From assembly GCF_018977255.1 (NCBI RefSeq), contig NW_024704761.1, positions 2,232,001-2,296,000 of the forward strand: DNA of 64,000 nucleotides, read 5' to 3'. This document shows positions 47,834-62,400 of the stretch, in pieces (position 1 is the first letter of the stretch; each line of letters opens with the position of its first letter). The notes below the pieces were generated by a model that worked only from the letters and a program-made list of their open reading frames with translations, did no database searches and was not told the origin of the DNA. A program made the translations under genes and the position numbers. This DNA is from Callorhinchus milii. Its lineage: Eukaryota.

Positions 47834-50449
47834 GTAACTTTGGGGCATCACTCTATCGAATGCCTTCCCAAAATCCAAATAAATACCGCCAACCTCATCT
47901 GTTTATAAACCGTGCTGGATATTCTTGTTCGGTTCCATCTCCATCTATTAATCTGTCGATCTACTATTTATAGCACAGAAAGGTTTTTTTTAACATGAAA
48001 GACAAAAGTTATGAATTTTTAAAAATAACAGAATAAACATAGCTGTATGCTGTCACCGATCAACTGCAGAAAGTGGAGAACAATATCAAAAGAACACAGA
48101 TGTCAGGCAAAATTAATTATATTTATTCGATAGATTAAATAAGACTGTAAGTAAGCACCAAAAACAATTTTAGAGATTACAAGGAAAATGTTTAATTCAT
48201 TTTTTTTTAAAAAATAACTTGCATCTTTCATATAAGAAACCTTGAGCTACAAAATAAACGGATAGAGTGAGGTTGTGTAAGCAGATACAGCAGATCCATA
48301 AACAACAACGAGTAACCAATGGATTTAAATTTCATGGCAGAATTGTTGAGGAGAGAATTGAAGCTTGTAAAACTGGGAGAAAGACATCTCCTTGCACAAA
48401 TGTAGTATTTTTAATTCTTTCTGATACAGAAACAGGTATGTTTCCAGGAATCAGCGGAAAACTTTCTCAGTACAGATCTGCACTTTCAACTCACATGGTT
48501 TTGTGATTTCACTTAACACAAGGACTAACTGACTGGGCAACAGGAAATAGGAGCCTTTCTGCCATTCAGAGAATCCTGAAACCCCTTTAGGCCTAAACAC
48601 TGTCATTGTCACTTGTAAACTGTAGAAGAGTAGAAGTAGAAGAAGGAATGGACACTCGGAGGCAGGTTGAGAGACGTTGCTTTGAAGCCTGACAACAGAA
48701 CATACAACCTTCAATCATCGCGCAGCCAATAGCTCTGTACGCTCACATGTTATCTCTGCGTTTAATTAATTGATCTATAAATTAAACACCTTCATATTCA
48801 TTTAATTTATATTCTGTGAAGCCCTATGGGACGTCTCGAAGACGTGATGAGGCGATGTGTCAAGTGCAAGGATTATTATTAATACAGTGAGATTAAATTC
48901 TGTAAATTTCGACTGCGGTTTGACTGAGAAAAAGCCCATGTGCTCAGACACAGTAAATAGTCTGAGCACATATGCAGTACTGTGTACAGCACTGGAGCAC
49001 GCAAACGCGGGCACACACACACACACACACACACGCAGGGGAACACTGACTTTGATAACTGTTCAGTGGTTGGTTCTGGAAGGTCACATTACTCGAAAGG
49101 CAAGTGCCAGGAAAGACGCACATTTTGATGAGAGTTGACGGGCTCAGTGAATTGACCTAAATAAAAGAGGTTTTACATCAACACAATGATATAACTGCAC
49201 CAATACAGCTGGCGCAAGGCACTTCTAGCTCTCGTCATTGGCTTTCTGCTTCAATTATTTACAGTAGCAAATAATGTTAACGTACGGCATGTTATGTGTG
49301 TTACGTCTGTTTGTGAGACGCTGCTGCCGCGTTTCGCCCACAAAACACAGTCACTACAATCTACAGTATATTCTGTGAAGCGCTTTGAGACGTCTTGACG
49401 ACATGATAAGGCACTATGTCAAATGCGAATATTATTACTATTATTATTGTACAGTAAGTCTCAAAGCCAGTGTATACCCGCTCTAAACATATTTAATTCC
49501 ACTGTAATAATGTGTTTTATCCACAACATACACAGAGTCACAACAGTTCACAGTAAAATCCTAAATAAGGGCAGAGAGACCTCGCGATTAACATACAAAA
49601 ATATTTCCCTCCTTGGGGGGAAGTAAGCAAAGTCTCCTTTGAGCTAGGCTGGCTCCAAGATGATGTGCTTGACAACAGAATGTCGGAATTGAGTCCATTT
49701 TCAAGATGATTTTACAGAGAGTTGTTGGGATGCGGAATACTTGAAGCAGGAACCTATTTTAGGTTTCAAGATGCAATGAGGCAGATATCTAAAGAGAAGG
49801 AATTTGCCAGGGAGTGGAGGAAAGGGATGGGAGGTGAGGCGGTGGGGGGGAGGGGAGGTGGACGAGGGGGAGAAGAAGGGAGGGGAGGGGGAATGAGGAT
49901 GAGGGGAGGGGAAAAGGCAATGGATTGCTCTTTCAAAGATGCAGCCAGACAATAAACTAATGGCTTCTTCTGTGTTGTAAATATTCATGGTTTGGGGAGG
50001 ATGTGGGGGAGGGAACCTGCATATTTCTGTCTCCATACGCACAAAAAATGGTAAAACACTTATACATCTTATTCCTAAACAAACCCGTCATGTCACGAGG
50101 TGGAACAACGACAAGCTGTGGGTGTATAACACTGCCTGGCACAACCACAACAACAACAACAACTTGCATTTATATCACGTCTCTCATGCAGGGTAACATC
50201 CCAGCGCTCTCTCAACCAGGCAAAGCATTGAACAGGAAACTTAAACTCTGACGTAATAAAGTCAAACTCTTAGCAGTTTTCATATCAAGTCAAATAAAAA
50301 CATGAAGCAAAGACACAGTGTAATCAAAGGCTCCTGGGTTTGGTTGTCTGACAGTGAGGACCACAGGGTCCTGTTCAATTCTGAGCCCTTTGTGGTGAGA
50401 GCTGCTCATGTGCTGAGAGGCTTGAGTCACCCCCGGTTTATGATGGAAG

Positions 50450-53400
50450 TTAATGCCGTTCCATTGACTTTTTTTCACGTTGTCTTCGTATCTTGACCAA
50501 TGCCTGAGCATCTTTGTCTCTTTTGCGTAGCTCTAATAACTTTAGTATAGTGTCCTCTGCAATGCAGAACAATCATGATACAAGTTACGTTCATGAGCAC
50601 CTTTCACGTCAGGAGAACATCTCAAAGACGTTAACACCTCCGGTCGGGCACTCCAGTTGGGTGTGAGTGGAACGGGGGTAGAGAGGGGAATGATCCCTAA
50701 TCCAACTCATCCCTTCTCTAACCAAATCTCCCTCAACTCCGCCACCCTCCTCCCTCCTCCCCCTATCTGCTCCCACTTCATCCCCCCATTCCCTTATTTA
50801 TTATTATTATATTCTCTTAATCATTACTATATTATAACAGCTATACTATTGCCATGTGTCCAGTGGCTTTAGTGCAATAGAGCTTCTCTTAGTGGCGCTG
50901 AAAACACATTGTGATGTAGACAGTGTTGATGAATTTTATGCACTTTCTAGATTTCATTTCCGCCCACAAAATACACACATCACCTTATGTGGAGAACAAC
51001 AGTGAGACGTGAAGTGTCTGTGTCTTACCATTTGGCTTCGGATGGCTGAGAGACAACCGGCTTTGAAGAACATTGGTGCTGTTGAGTGTTCCCTCACTGC
51101 TGTCCCGTCCAGGGACGTTGTGAAGAGGGAAGAATGCCTCACCTTCCAGATCATCTGTGACCAGTGTATCATAGTCAAACACCGTGAGGAGGAGACAGGC
51201 TCCTTCTGCCCCACACTGCTCCGGAGTCACATTACTGAATACAAATTCGACAGCCATTAATACATGGTACATAGCGTCCGTGATACAAAGAAAAGCCCTT
51301 GTCAGATTCTAGCTCTGACCTTTCGATTTGTAGAAAACCTCTACTCCTGCAGCACATTAGGATTGCACAGGAACGTTAGCCCGATCACCACTATTAAACA
51401 TATCCAGTACCTGAATTCAAAAATCTCATCAAACAGTGGGTTGAGTTCATTTTTCTTCCGTTGAGTTGTTTTACTCTCCATCGCTGGGAAGATGTGCTTC
51501 GGTTCCAGAGTCAGCTGCACAAAGGGGTCACTGGTACCTGCACAGGATAAAGCTACCGTCACCACCAGGGATTAATGGGGAAATTCAGTCAATCAAACGA
51601 CAGCCCACAGCTGGTCAACAACAACAATTTGCATTTATATAGCGCCCTTCACGCGGGTAGTGTCCTGGAGCGCTTCACAGTGGCGGAGTCTGACAAGGCT
51701 CAACCTAAATGCAGACTGACATAGACTGACCAATGGCCAGATACTGCGAATCATAGAAAGGAAGGTAAACAACGGGGCCTAACATGTTGGGATTTAATTA
51801 ATTAAGAGAGAAGAGGTTGATAGGGATCAATATCCCTCTTACCATTGGAATCCAGTGGGATAAGGTTGACTGCGTTGAGAATTTCAACGTGTAGCTTTTG
51901 ACCTTGATTATTATAGAAAACCTTTATGGTCACCGCACCATACTTAGAACACTCGTCAAAGGCCTGCACGAAAGAAAGAAGAGACAGATTACCTGGCCAT
52001 GTCTCCCTCGTTCTTTACGTATAGTATAAATGTCCTCCACATACATCAACAACAAAAATCTGCATTTATGTAGCGCCTTCACACAGGCGAGCCGAGCCCT
52101 GAGTGAATCTCTACAGTTAGGCATTGTCAGAGTGGATGCGGTGATGGTGGAGAAACTGGGAGAAGGGAATGGATGGCCCACGGCTTGTGTAGGGAAGAGC
52201 TGGTGAGTTCAGTGAGCATTGTTCGTGTAGTCTGGCCTGTCTCTTCAAAAACACCTTTAGTCATCTCTCCCCCCACCCCCCCCAGCCCCCACTCCCCCCA
52301 CCAGCCCCCACTCCCCCCACCAGCCCCCACCCCGCCCCCAGCCCCCACCCCCCCAGCTTGGGGGGCAAGGCCAGCTGTGAAAGCTGCTGTGACATGGTAA
52401 ATTGTATTGATTGGGTTGGAGAGTTCTTGCTCAGTTTGTCAGGTTCCATTATCTGGTTGGGTTTCACAAACCTGCTGCTCCGCTTTCTTCACAAAGAATT
52501 TCTGGATCAGCTCTTGAGTGCTCGCTGCGTTTAATTTCAACTTAGTCTCCAGAGCCTGGAATAAGAAAAGAATTTGATTTCATAGATGTGGCGATGCCCG
52601 AATGAATAAGAATATTCCCTGCATTTGGTACAGCAACTTTTGCGTTGTAATAATATTAATAACAAAAATAATCCTTGCATTTGATATAAAGCCTGATCAC
52701 CTCTTTCACCCACGCACCCATCCACCCCCTCTCTCCGTCACTGGTGACTTGGGACCTGCACCAAACACTTTTTGGGCCAACAGCTCACCTTAAAGCTGGC
52801 ATTCTGGAGTTGATCCAATGGCAGCCCATTTCCCTCAGCGTGGAAGCATTGCACAAGGTGCTGAAATAACACAAACCAAACTATGTCAGTGATGGAGTCA
52901 GTGCCTCCAATTCTCCTGCTCTTTGTTTGGTCAAGTCAACGAGCGACCAACACACACATACACAAACCCATCGCCGTGCTTAAGAGTATCCAAATCAGAA
53001 TGAGAGCACGTCTGCCACCTAAACATGGACATTTCTCTGTTTGAAATGGAGCTTGAGACAAACTCACAACGGAATGTGGCTGTTCTGAGGCAAACTGCGA
53101 TTCATGCAAATCAGGAGAGAAAAAAATACATGTTTACAATACTCCACAGCAGTGCAGCAAACACCTGAATACATATGGAGTCAGTGGGTGTCTGAGGAGG
53201 AACCTTCAGGTGGAATAAAATGTCCACTAAGCTTGCCTGCTCTTTACATCACTGTTAGCTTCCAGCAGCATGTGCTCAATGTGCAGCTCTGCTCACACAC
53301 ACTGTACAGCAGCTCACACCATTTCTCCAAAGGCCAATAATTTATATGGGAACATAAAAACGTAGGAACAGGAGTTCCGCCATTCTATAAGATCATGGCT

Positions 53401-56400
53401 GATCTGTACCTCAACTCCAATTTAATCATGAAACTCTCACCCGCAGAGCGTACTGGAGCCTGGCATAAACGTCTTGAGAGACGTCACTGTGGGATGAAGT
53501 TGTTGATAAGATATCGATTATGTGCATCCAAAGGAAACCTAGAAGACTGAGGAGAGAGCGTTAGAATGTTGGGGCTCGGTGGCCACTGTGAGGCTGAATG
53601 AATCCATGTCAAATGAATGAAATGAAAGTCGTCTCTGTCTGTCCAACACAGAGTTTGACATACATTTACACAGGCTGTACAGCAGGGAAACAGGCCATTC
53701 GACCAACCCAGTCCGTGCCGGTGTTTATACTCCACACAAGTCTCCTGCTCCAGTCCTTATTCCCTCTCTTCTATTGCCTAAGTTAGTCACCAACCAGTTA
53801 GTGCTTGTGAACCCACAACAATTCCTCGTACTATCCATTACTATCTAATTACAATCTTTGTCTGTCCCCGTGACTAGTGGTGTGAAGAATATCTACAGAC
53901 TGTATGTACTGCTGTCCACATGCTGTGTTGCTTTCTGTCTGTTTGCACCTGAAACAGGAACATCATATATTTTTAATGCTCAATAAAGAGAAGGAGAAAT
54001 AAAGGTGGATTTTAATGGATACTGAATGTGTGTCATACCTCTGAAAGTTCTCTTGAACAAGGTTCGTGTCCATGTAAGCAAACTCGGTGACCAGAAAGTT
54101 CATCAAAGGATTGATCATCTAAAATCAAAGAAACAAATATTTTTACAAGCTGATATGTAGTTCTGAGATCAAAACAAATTCCTTTAAATTACACTTATCC
54201 AAACCAAATAAACTTACATCGCTCAGAGGAACAGAATGACTGGATGCTGCCAGGTGCTGTATGTGTATCTTTATATCCATATGCAGCTGGTAAACCAAGG
54301 ATAGGAAACGGTTTAGATTTTCATTAATAATTCCATTATCAATAGAATCAATCACAGTTTTTTCAGAGATCGGACCCAATCAGTTCTACATTTTAGAGAA
54401 ATGTCGTCACATTGTGAAGGAACAGATCAGTGTAGTGACTGTCACTGTCACAGGAGAAGAGGGAAAAGAGGGTGGGCGTGTGCACTGGCGAGGCAATGCC
54501 TGGGGTAGAGTGTGGGGAGAGCAGAGCAGAGCACGGAGCTGGAGGAGGGAGGAGAGGCGATCGATCAGATCAAGGAGAAGGAGGAAGTGGTCCAAATGTA
54601 ACACCTAAAGATGAGTTGTTTTAATGTGGCCTCTGGGTTGATTTTTCAGTGTGATCCATACCTTTTGTGCCAAGGTTTGCAAGACACTTTTGATCTCTTT
54701 GTTGACAGAGCTCTTGGTTGTTTGAAGCTGGGTGTGCAGAGTGTTCTGGATCTGTTCCACTTCAATCCTGTCTGTCATGTCTTCCTTCAAACCTTCCCAG
54801 TCCAGCTGTGCCGGCAGATGGGAAATGATCACCCTCAGCTGTTCCATGTTGTTCAGGACCACGCAGAGTCTCAGTGAGATCACACTGTTGATTTTTGACT
54901 GAGGACGAAAGGTTTAGGAATCTTTACAATTGCTTTGACAACTCCCATTAACTCTACAATTCATGTCTGCAGAAGGCAACTGTGCCCCCTGACCTTAGTC
55001 TAGCCTCAAAGAATTTGTTATGCAATGATTGGCCTACTTTACACAGAGAGAACCTGTAGATCGGAGTCACCACCAAATGCAGCTTCACAATAACGCGTCG
55101 CTGTGACAAGATTTGCTTCGAGTGCAATTTCCTTACCTGAAAATCGGAATCTCCTAACTCCATCATCCCACCATTGCCAAAATGAATGCAAGATGTGTCA
55201 GTGTGTTCTATCCCTGTCAATCCTTCCGTGAAACTCGTGAAACGGGTTCAACTCACGTTTTCCGATGAAGTTGCTCTGCATCCTTTGACTGACAGGTCCT
55301 CTGCCCTGGCCTTGAGGAGTCGGCAGTACATCAACGCAATGTTACACATGTCCTGTCACCCACATTGGCCACGGGGAGGAGAAGCGAGATGATGTTACTA
55401 ATAGCCAAGATGATGAAAATCACACAGAAACTTCAGCTGTCGAGTGCCAGAGCCTCACACTCACCTCTGTTAGTTTGACCATTACGACAAAAGATTCTTC
55501 AGGGTCCGGCCAATTGAGCTGAACCCAAGTGGTTTGGATCTTAGAGAAGCAGGTCGCAATATCCACTGCCGAGGTGCTGTGTTTGGTTCTCTCCCCAATC
55601 GCCTCCAGCTGGAGAGATTCCAACAGAAATTAGTGAGATCCAGAATCTCACTTACATGGGCAGTGCTCTGGGACTGCGTGAGGGGTAATATACAAATGCA
55701 TGTTGTTGTTGTTGTTGCAGATTTATTGCTCTTGTAATGCCAGAGCAGCAGCAACAACTATACATCTATACAGTGCCGTTCACACTAGAGCACACAATAA
55801 AGGTGCTGTATCAAATGCAAGGATTAATGTATTATTATATAAATATAGATACAGTTTCACTAGTGTCGTATCTTGTGATGTTACGCAGGTGTCACTATCA
55901 CTGTCACTTACCCGTGAAAGTAAATATTATTTAAGAATGCAGGGAACAAGATAATATAGATACAAACACCTCTGTATCAACAAACACACCTAACAATCCA
56001 TTCGAAATTAGATGTTACATTTTTTTAATAAATAAAACGAACAGAGTTGTGTTTGCTTAAATGTGTTTTTTATAAATATTGATTCCCCAAATGTTCTTGG
56101 CGTTGAGGGCGGAGCCTGGTACATTACCTGGTCTTTCTGCACAGCGCGATGTACCATCTGTACTGTCGCGTTGTACACAGCCTGCAGCCACTTGGGTAAA
56201 GGCTCACTGAACCACGTGTGGAAGGCATCCAGCGGCAAAGTCGAGTCACTGACAAAACACAGGATCACAGTAGATAATGATAATCATTCTTGCTTTTGAT
56301 ACAGAGTGCTACCAACCGAGCCAGACTCCCTGACACTCCTCGCTACTGGAATGTACGTCCCAGATAGCAAGTTGGCTGAACGTTGCAAACTAAATCATCA

Positions 56401-59400
56401 CCCGATAATGGGACTCGATGTGAGAATGCTTGTGCCTGAAGTATGTATGATACATATGTCAGAGTCAGACTGAGGCCATACTGTTACACGTCTGTCCGTG
56501 ATACAGGACTAGCCGTACCTTTTTGAGAAGTAAATGTGTTGATGCTTTAAATGTTTGAGCTGCAGGTAGAGGTGAAATAAGCCCTCGACAGTTCCCTCGG
56601 ACTTGCCCCCCCCAATACTGACCACTTGTTCTCGGATATCTTCAAAAATCTGGAAGAGAAGCAGATGGTCAGAACATTGAAGACCCGATCAGGTGAGCAA
56701 TCACTTTATTTCAGCAACATTTCCTGAGGACAATAAGGCGGGTGTTTTGGAGGGTGAGATCAGATGGGTCAAAGGGCCTTCTTCATCCAAACCAATCTTA
56801 TGATGATATGATAAGAGAGACCAGAACAGCAGTTGGAAAAAGGGACATATATATAAAGAAAGGGTAAAGACAGAATCCATTTGGAGAGAGATTATTATAT
56901 ATTATATTAATAATAATAATCCTTGTAGTTGGTATAGCGCCTTACACATTGGAAGGATGTCCCAAAGTGCTTCAAGAGACTTACTGTGAAGTGCAGTCAC
57001 CATGTATTTGTGGGAGAATGCAGCAGCCAATTGCACATAGCAATTTCCATCAAACACCCGTGGAGTGAGTGACCATTTTTATCTGGGGGATTGTTGGCCA
57101 GGACACCAGGAGAGATACTGCGCCTCATCCCATCAAAGTGCTTCACAGAGAAGTGATTTAATGTGTGGGATTTGGGATCTGCAGGTGGTGACGTTCCTGA
57201 ACTCTTTCTTACCAGCTCCTGAAGCTTCAGGTAGGTGATGTCAAACAGATTGATTTTGGCAGTCCTGTAGAGAGAAGAAAAGAGCGTTGAGGAAACGTTC
57301 CTCATTCGAACAGAGTCATTAACCCGCAAACTTCTGACTCAGAGGCAAGAATGCTACCAACTGTGAATACAGGGTTCTGTACTGTGGCGAAAGGTCCCAG
57401 TTCTGACAAAAAAATCATCGACCGGAAACGTTAACTCAATTTCTCTCTGACCTGCTGAGTGTTCCCAGCGACTTCTCTTTTTTTGTCCTATATTGTGAGT
57501 TTATTAACACTGTTGATGCAATAGCCCCAACAATTTGCACTTGTATAACACCTTTCACTTGGGGAGAATTTCTCAAAGGACTTTATAGAGAGCCAGAGCT
57601 GGAGCTATGAGCCTACTTGTGTGGGAGAGGAGATGGAATCCGCTGTGCCTGGAGCTTGTGGAGGGTGGAGAGGGCGAGGAGGAGATGATGAGGAGGCGAG
57701 GCCAAAGGTGTACAGGGCAGGGTGAGGGGTGAGGAGCCAGGGGGAGAGGAGGGGAGAGGGAGTGGGGGCAGCTGAGTGGATGTGTCTATTATGGACAGGA
57801 GGAGGTATTGCAACAGTAGCCAGGCCTGGGAGGGGGATTGTTAATGAACCGCAGAACTTACCACATGAAACTCTTGTGCCAAATTTTCCTGTTGTTCTCC
57901 AGGTCAAGGTTCAGCTGCTCCACCAGCAACACCAGGGATTTCACAGCCTCTTCCTCACTCTGTGCAGAGAAACACTGTTATAGATCCCGAGAGAGTGACA
58001 CATTGTGGTTAGTGTAACAGTCACTACACCAGGTATAGTTTGTGTAACAGTTTTTTGGTCAGCCGGGTCTCTGACGATCCATCACCATGTTTAAGGGCAT
58101 CCAAACCAAGCTGAGATTTCCGTGCATCCCACCTACACAGGGAAATCCCACAGATAGATTGTTGGAGGGTTGATGTATTTTACTAGATTGACCGCAATGG
58201 TTATTTTCTATTGCTGGGCATTCCAGTGTCCCTATATGTTGCTTTGAGGTTTTACTATATTACCAGCATTACCCTTCATTAAGAAAATAGAGTTTGATTC
58301 CCAGGTTGGCCACGTGATCTCGTAGCTCAATTTCCTGATCGTAGGTAATGAGTAGCTCATGGTGACATTGACATGAGGATTGGATTAAGGCCATCGGAAG
58401 GTACCTTCACACTTGACTGCAACTCCTGCTTCTGGAGACGATAGCTGTCAATGGTCCCAGACTGGAACGGAAAAGGTCATTAAACCACTAATCAACGAAG
58501 ATGATTATTAATTCTGACATTCCGTCGCCAAGCAGTTCAGCTCCGAGGAACCGAATTGAGAGACCTCCACAGAGGGTTGCCTCAATTCCATCATTTTGTT
58601 GCCAAGCACATCACCTTGGATGCCAGCTCAGCTGCTCGCTCACCCATTATAAGTACAGATAAAATCTATTCTGTTGTTACCAAACTACGAGGTATATCCA
58701 TGTTCGTATCACAATCAAAATGGCAAAAGATTGACTTCATGAGGTTAATAATGTACCTTGATGGCATCATCAAGCCTTGTCTGAAGGTCGGAAACCGGGG
58801 AGCAAAGCTCATGAAATGCCGTCATCTTCCAGATCTGCACCAGTACCCTGCAACACACACCAGCATCAGCCAGGGGGCAACAGCAACCGGGCAGTAATAA
58901 TAATAATCCTTGCATTTGATCCAGCGCCTCCTCAAGTCTTCAAGACGTCTCAAAGCGCTTCACAGAATACACTGTAAAGTATATTCTGTGGGGGAATACA
59001 CAGTACATGCACATTTACATTCACACAGCGCTTTCACATCAGGAGGAAGTCACAAGGCACTGGACTGTCCAGGGTTTGCACCTGAGCTGGAGTTGGGGAG
59101 GGAGGGGGAGCAGGCGCGGGATACATCCAGCACATTTGATCCATTTCACATGGGAGAAAGTTAGGGAAGGTTGTAGGTTCTGAGACAGTGATTGAGCACT
59201 GAGCTACTCAGAGTTAAATGGTCACCACAGTGCGTGGCTGTGGTTAGGTACACAGGGCGTAGGGTGAAGGGCTAACTAGGTGAGGGTCTAACCTGAGGAG
59301 AGACTGGAGACGATCTGTGGCTTTGGGGTCAGTGAGAGGGAAGACATTTCTGTAGTTCTGGACGAGCAAGATTCCATAATCCAGGAATGATCTGAATGAC

Positions 59401-62400
59401 TCTGCCAATTCTTGTTTCTGTAAGAAAACACAGTCCATCAAGTTGCTGAGATTACGGTGCCTGTCCACCCTTCCCACCATGGAATCTGGAGTCCGTACAA
59501 ACCTCCCAGGGCTGTAGGGTGACCTGTGGCCATTGGTACTGGATGCTGGCGAGATGCTGTAGCAAAGAGAGGAAGTTCACTTGCACATGTTGGTAGAGTT
59601 TGCTGTAGACCAACCATTGGCTGTAACCCAATCACAAACACACACAGGAGTCAGTGCAACCAGAATAATGTGAGGTAACTGAGGGCAGTGTTAATTACAC
59701 CATTACACCCCGAAACTATAGAACGCTCTTCCTCTATTCCTCTGCCCCTTCCTTCCCCATCTTCAGATTGCACATGAAGAACTTCCTCTTCCACGGTGCC
59801 TTAGGTCACCTCCCCCCCACCCCCCGGCTTGATGTCATGCTCCGCCAGCGTCAAGTGCTCTGGGACGCTATCCCCTGCGTGAGGGGGCGTTGGGTAATTG
59901 CAAGTTGTTGTTGTATACTGTTTGAAGACGTGTATAAGTTGTCACTCAGTTTAAAGTCTCCTGGCACACACCCTCACAAGGTTATTACAGGTCTTCATTC
60001 CCAATGAGCAATCTCTACTCACGCCAAGTCCTGATGGAATTGGGAGATGTCATTCTGAGTTGCGTGAAGGGACAGGATGGTGGTTGCCAATGTGCTGAGC
60101 TCGGTTTCGCCCAGGCGATATGTCGTCTGGAGACACAACAAGTACAAAACAACAACAAATTACATTTGTATTGCGCCTCTCACGTCAGGAGGACGTCCCA
60201 AAGTGCTGGACACACACTTTACTGCTTCACATTCAAATACAATTTAGCAACCAATTTAAATGTGTAGATGCTTTTCCTGCTTCCTGTCTCCCAGTGTCAG
60301 CTTCAAATTCTCTAGGGTTGGTTAGAGCTTGGATCAGAGTACAGCAAACACTTACACAACATGTGGTAAGAGTCGAATAAAGTTGCACTGTAACTAAAAC
60401 AATGCGTCTTGCCTGACCTCAGAAAAGGGTTCCTGCCACTCTGTATAAAGCTGCCACATCTGCAGTCCCAGCCCACAAGCACAGAAAGATTTTCAGACCA
60501 TTGCTTTGGCCGTGGATGAAAGAATTCAGTTCCATCGATGAAAGAATCTTTCTTTTCATCTCTTTCTAAATCCAGATCTTCTTTGAAAAGGAAATGGTTC
60601 CAATAAAAAAACCTTGGACATGGCTCGTTCCGAGGAAGATCTTGGCACTCTGCATCAATGCCCTGGTACAATATTTGGGTACGGACTGGTTGGGCTGAAT
60701 GGCCTGTTTTGTGAGGCCCCTCTATCAGGTCCTCTCTCAGCTCTAATGAAAACGGACCCAACTTCTTCAGTCTCTTCTGATAACTAAAGTCCCTGATACC
60801 CTGTTGAACACCACCCATCGTGCTCTAGAAATCCTCTAACCTACTCACCCTCATAATCTCCCACACATGTCAAACATACTGCGACCAGTGTTTATACCTG
60901 TTTCTGAGTCCCATCGAACTGTATGAACTGCTGCAGGAGCCTGCGATAGATGCTGAACACCGCCTGCTCTTTGCTCAGAGTGGTGTCTCTCTGTAAGCAG
61001 AAGCACAACCCTGTTATTCCATCAGTAATCGCCATCTCCTTCAGCCTGTCCCTGTCACACTCCACACTGGACAACAACACTAAGGTACCACAGGCTAGAT
61101 CTTAGATGCACGCAGGTTCTGCACCTGTTGGTGGATGATCTTCAGCTGTAAATGGCATTGCCCTCGATCAGGGTAAGTCTCTGTACGAGGTTCCAATGGG
61201 TACCATTCATCGGCAGGAGTGTAAGGCAGATCCTAGAAAAATACAAGCAATCAGCTGGCTCTCGCTTCAGGGGAAAAGGTGGACGTTACCTTCTGCAAGT
61301 CCACAACGCAGATACATGACGTTGGCCAAACTTCCCGAGTTTGGTGTTAAGCACCTCTTACCTGCAGTTTAATTATCACATTTCCTAGAAAATCATCTTG
61401 GTCGTGCTTCCGAGCAGCCTTCTTCACATCCTTGAAAATCCTGCAGCACGAGAGCAAATAGTATCAGACACAATATAACTTGTATTTCATACTGGGAGGA
61501 TGTCCCAGAACATCTTCACTCTTTGGAATGGGAATCCGAGCTGGGGATGGGAGTTGAAGGTGAAAAATGATGGAAAGTGTAGTTAAAGAGGTAAATTTTG
61601 AGACGTGCCTTGAACAAGGGAAGAGAGGGAGGGATGGAGTCACAGGGTCTCTGGGGTTTGAGAGAGTGGGACTGAGTGGCTGAAAGCTGACTCACAGATC
61701 AGCTGGGACATGAGGCAGGCCAAGTGGTTGTGTTGGAGAGGGATGAATTATACAGAATTTTCACGTTGGGAGGATGGGTTTTATTGGGTTGAGGATTGGT
61801 GAATCTACGGCTGGAGATACTCAGGGAGGAAAGGTTCTATGTAACACGTAGTGACTGTGTATGTTGTGGGCAAACTTGGCAACCAATTTATGCAGTTAGT
61901 TTTCCACAAATAGCCACATAAATCATCAATTTACATTTACGCAAGTATTATTTCTCAGAGCTCAGACAGCAGTTCCTTCTCTCCACAGCACAAAAAAGAA
62001 AAATTACACAATCCTCTTTGCACATAGAGAGTGTGGTGAGAATGTGGAACTCACTGCCGGAAATTGTGCAATACAAACTTACAGTGGGTCTTTTTAACAA
62101 CAACAACTTGCACTTATATAGAACCCTTCACGCCGGACAGTGTCTCAGAGCGCTTAGATCCACAACCTTCTGACTCGGATGGGAGAGTGCTACCACTGAG
62201 CCTCCGTGACAGCCTATCTGTGTCCACACAACAGTATTGCATTTTACCTTTTCAACCCGTGGATCCCATGGATGTCCCCCAGTTTGCGCCTCATAGACTC
62301 GTCATCGTCCAGGTCCCTGACAATAAACCAAGCACATCAACCTCCTGAGCGTCAATATTCGATAAACTCGAGCTGAGAATTCACGACACGTCCCATATCA

